Source of the DNA: Ostrea edulis | Taxonomy: Eukaryota | Length of the DNA stretch: 64,000 nucleotides | Direction: 5' to 3' | Assembly: GCF_947568905.1 (NCBI RefSeq) | Contig: NC_079167.1 | Coordinates: 63,364,001-63,428,000, forward strand | Shown here: piece by piece, positions 61,430-64,000 of the stretch | Layout of the letters: the number at the start of each line of letters is the position of its first letter | How positions within the stretch are numbered: position 1 is the first letter of the stretch | Made by a program: the position numbers and the translations under genes | Notes under the pieces: model-generated | What the model saw: only the letters and a program-made list of their open reading frames with translations | Database searches by the model: none | Told to the model about the DNA's origin: nothing

Positions 61430-61960
61430 TTCACCTGACTTTATAAAGACTGTGTATTATGGTATGGCAATGTCTGTATGTCTGTCTGTTTGGAATTTTC
61501 TGTTTTCATTTCTCCGTCACATATCAAGCTGAAACTTGCTCTGTAGTTTCTTTGTGGGTCACTCTAGATCATGATGCAATTTTGATCCATTTTGACCTCT
61601 CCTGCAGGAGTTTTGCCCCTTTATTTGAAAATGATTTACATGGAGAGTACATGATTTGTCTAATTCCTCCCAGCTTTCAGGTGAAGGCCTTCTTATTTTA
61701 CAGTATTTATAAGGGTATTATAGATGGGCATGTTAGTTTTTAGGAAATATTAGATAGAGAATTATACAAAGCGAGTATGGGGTTTGTACATTTAATTCCT
61801 CTCACAATTTTCAAGCTAAGGCCTTTGGATGTGTGTATTGCAAGAATTTAATTCCCAACAATTTTCTTTGATGTTTGAACAAATTACAGGTTGCCGAACT
61901 TGGTTAATTTTGGAAATAGATTTTCACACAGAGCCCTTGATTTGTTTATAAACCTCCTGT
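61430..61960 (+). mobile_element. Degenerate pearl/Helentron-like fragment
   Basis: Starts TTCACCTGACTTT...GTATTATGGTATGGCAATGTCTGTATGTCTGTCTG, resembling a 5' end plus microsatellite; boundaries approximate. Confidence 0.4.
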
Positions 61961-62191
61961 TACAGTTAAGCTAGGACCTTTTATTCATAGGATGCAAAAG
62001 AAAGTATGTTACAGTTTGATGGTGGCTGATACATTCCGTAAATTTCTGCAACTCACGGCTTCAGAGAAACACCCTACATAGGCATATTATGTACCATTTC
62101 TAGTACTCTTGTTGAATGTTTTGCCAAGTTGATGACTGTAGATATTTTTGAAATGTACATCCCCAATCAAATATACCAAATAAACAAAATA

Positions 62192-62702
62192 CAGGTAGAT
62201 CACCTGTCTGTACAATACATGTAGATCACCTGTCTGTACAATACATGTAGATCACCTGTCTGTACAATACATGTAGATCACCTGTCAGTACAATACATGT
62301 AGATCACCTGTCTGTACAATACAGGTAGATCACCTCTCTGTACAATACATGTAGATCACCTGTCTGTACAATACATGTAGATCACCTGTCTGTACAATAC
62401 AGGTAGATCACCTCTCTGTACAATACAGGTAGATCACCTGTCAGTACAATACAGGTAGATCACCTGTCTGTACAATACATGTAGATCACCTGTCTGTACA
62501 ATGCATGTAGATCACCTGTCTGTACAATGCATGTAGATCACCTGTCTGTACAATACAGGTAGATCACCTCTCTGTACAATACAGGTAGATCACCTGTCTG
62601 TACAATACATGTAGATCACCTGTCAGTACAATACAGGTAGATCACCTGTCTGTACAATACATGTAGATCACCTGTCTGTACAATACAGGTAGATCACCTG
62701 TC
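62192..62702. repeat. 22-bp minisatellite, about 23 copies
   Basis: Unit GTAGATCACCTGTCTGTACAATACA(T/G). Confidence 0.96.
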
Positions 62703-64000
62703 GGTACAAGTCATTCCTTTGAGAGAAAGAAAAAATTTAATAGTTTGATATATCCTCCAATTGTTCTCTCTCTGAATTTTTATTTAAAATTGCTGTCTCA
62801 TAATAGTATCTTGTATTGTTAATTCATGATAAAAAGCATTGAGATACAATTACCTTTGTAGTCACGTTATTATGTCCCGTAATTAGAGATTCGGGGGGGG
62901 GCTTATAGTTTTTGGTCTGTTTAACCTTGGCCATAATTTTGAATGGATGATGGGGCTTTCATATTTCACATGTGTGTTCCTTGTGACTTGACCTTTCTTT
63001 TTGTACCAACATTTTTGACCTTGTAATCTTGGAGTTTGGCCTTTTGAAAAATTTTAACCTTGGTCATTATCAACTTTGTTGCCATACAGGAGCATCAGTG
63101 TTTCACAAACACATCTTGTTATACAACTGTTATACAGTTTGAAGATCACCTCTTGCTTGGGAATAGACTTTCTTAATCTCAGACAAGGAATGAAGCATAG
63201 TGTGTATGTGCTAATAGTGTCTAGAATATAGGGCAAATGAGTACATTCTGTTGAAGAGTCTGGTGCTCCAATGATGAGGAAAATGCTAGTATTAAACTAA
63301 GTATTGTGTTCTCTGTTGTGCAAATCACTAAATACTGGTATATTGCAGTACATGTAGACTATGATAATATGCATAGAATTGTGAGAAATTTGCATGAAGT
63401 ATGGGAATATATTCTGAGGTAAAGAAGGACTTTTTACCGTGTTCTGGTTGTGTTTTCTATATTTATAATATAATTGCATTTAACTTGAAAGTATATATAT
63501 ATTCAGTATGTAAATACATGTACCAGTTTGTTGTGTTGGTGCTAAAACCAGATTTTGTACTTTTTCATAACATTTATATGAGGGGAAAAAAAGACATCAA
63601 CTGTAGAAGATTTGCATGACATTTGGTGCAATTTTTCTACTTTGTGAATTAATAATAATAAAAGTATTATATCCTCGTATAATGATTTTCTTGCAATTAC
63701 ATGTATGACTATTATTGTCCATTTTCATAAATTGTAAGTACTATGTACATTGTATTTCACAATTTATATATATGGTGATGATCAGTAATAAAATGATGTG
63801 AAGTCTTTTGTCTCAACAATTGCCTTTGCCCTGCTGTTCAGCTATTGTGATTTTCAAAAGATTATTTTTGCAATCTTTTTTCCATGCAATTTTTTTACCC
63901 CATATTGTAGCTCCATATAACCATGATACAATGCCACAAGATAAAAAAAATCTTGATATGGAATGTAAGGTCTTGCCATAAGGAATCTACTTACAAAATA

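Noticed and set aside
21450-62702. Short regular repeats as CRISPR arrays
   Set aside because: They are head-to-tail units without unique spacers, in a eukaryotic intron context with no cas genes.

Overview
AT-rich animal genomic DNA with spliced genes. The repeat landscape (Helentron/pearl-type elements with internal satellite arrays, a tRNA-derived SINE, hAT MITEs) suggests a bivalve, probably an oyster; this is inference. Exon models were built by hand from splice sites and recalled homology; most short ORFs in the supplied track are intronic noise. Five genes are present: PSMC3/Rpt5 (minus, 3' end runs off the window), NTHL1 (minus) head-to-head with PRPSAP (plus), and a divergent PALB2-like gene (minus) head-to-head with RAB40 (plus). 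The most unusual signal is tandem duplication of exon edges. One PALB2 WD40 exon has 10 extra upstream copies of its splice acceptor plus exon start, each leading to a premature stop. The PALB2 exon just upstream in the transcript has a 56-bp duplicated 'poison' acceptor, and the NTHL1 3' coding end is triplicated. Also seen: two GC-AG introns, a 47-bp TIR element with a 10-bp target-site duplication inside a bidirectional promoter, ETS and IRF-like motifs in both bidirectional promoters, and several hairpins.
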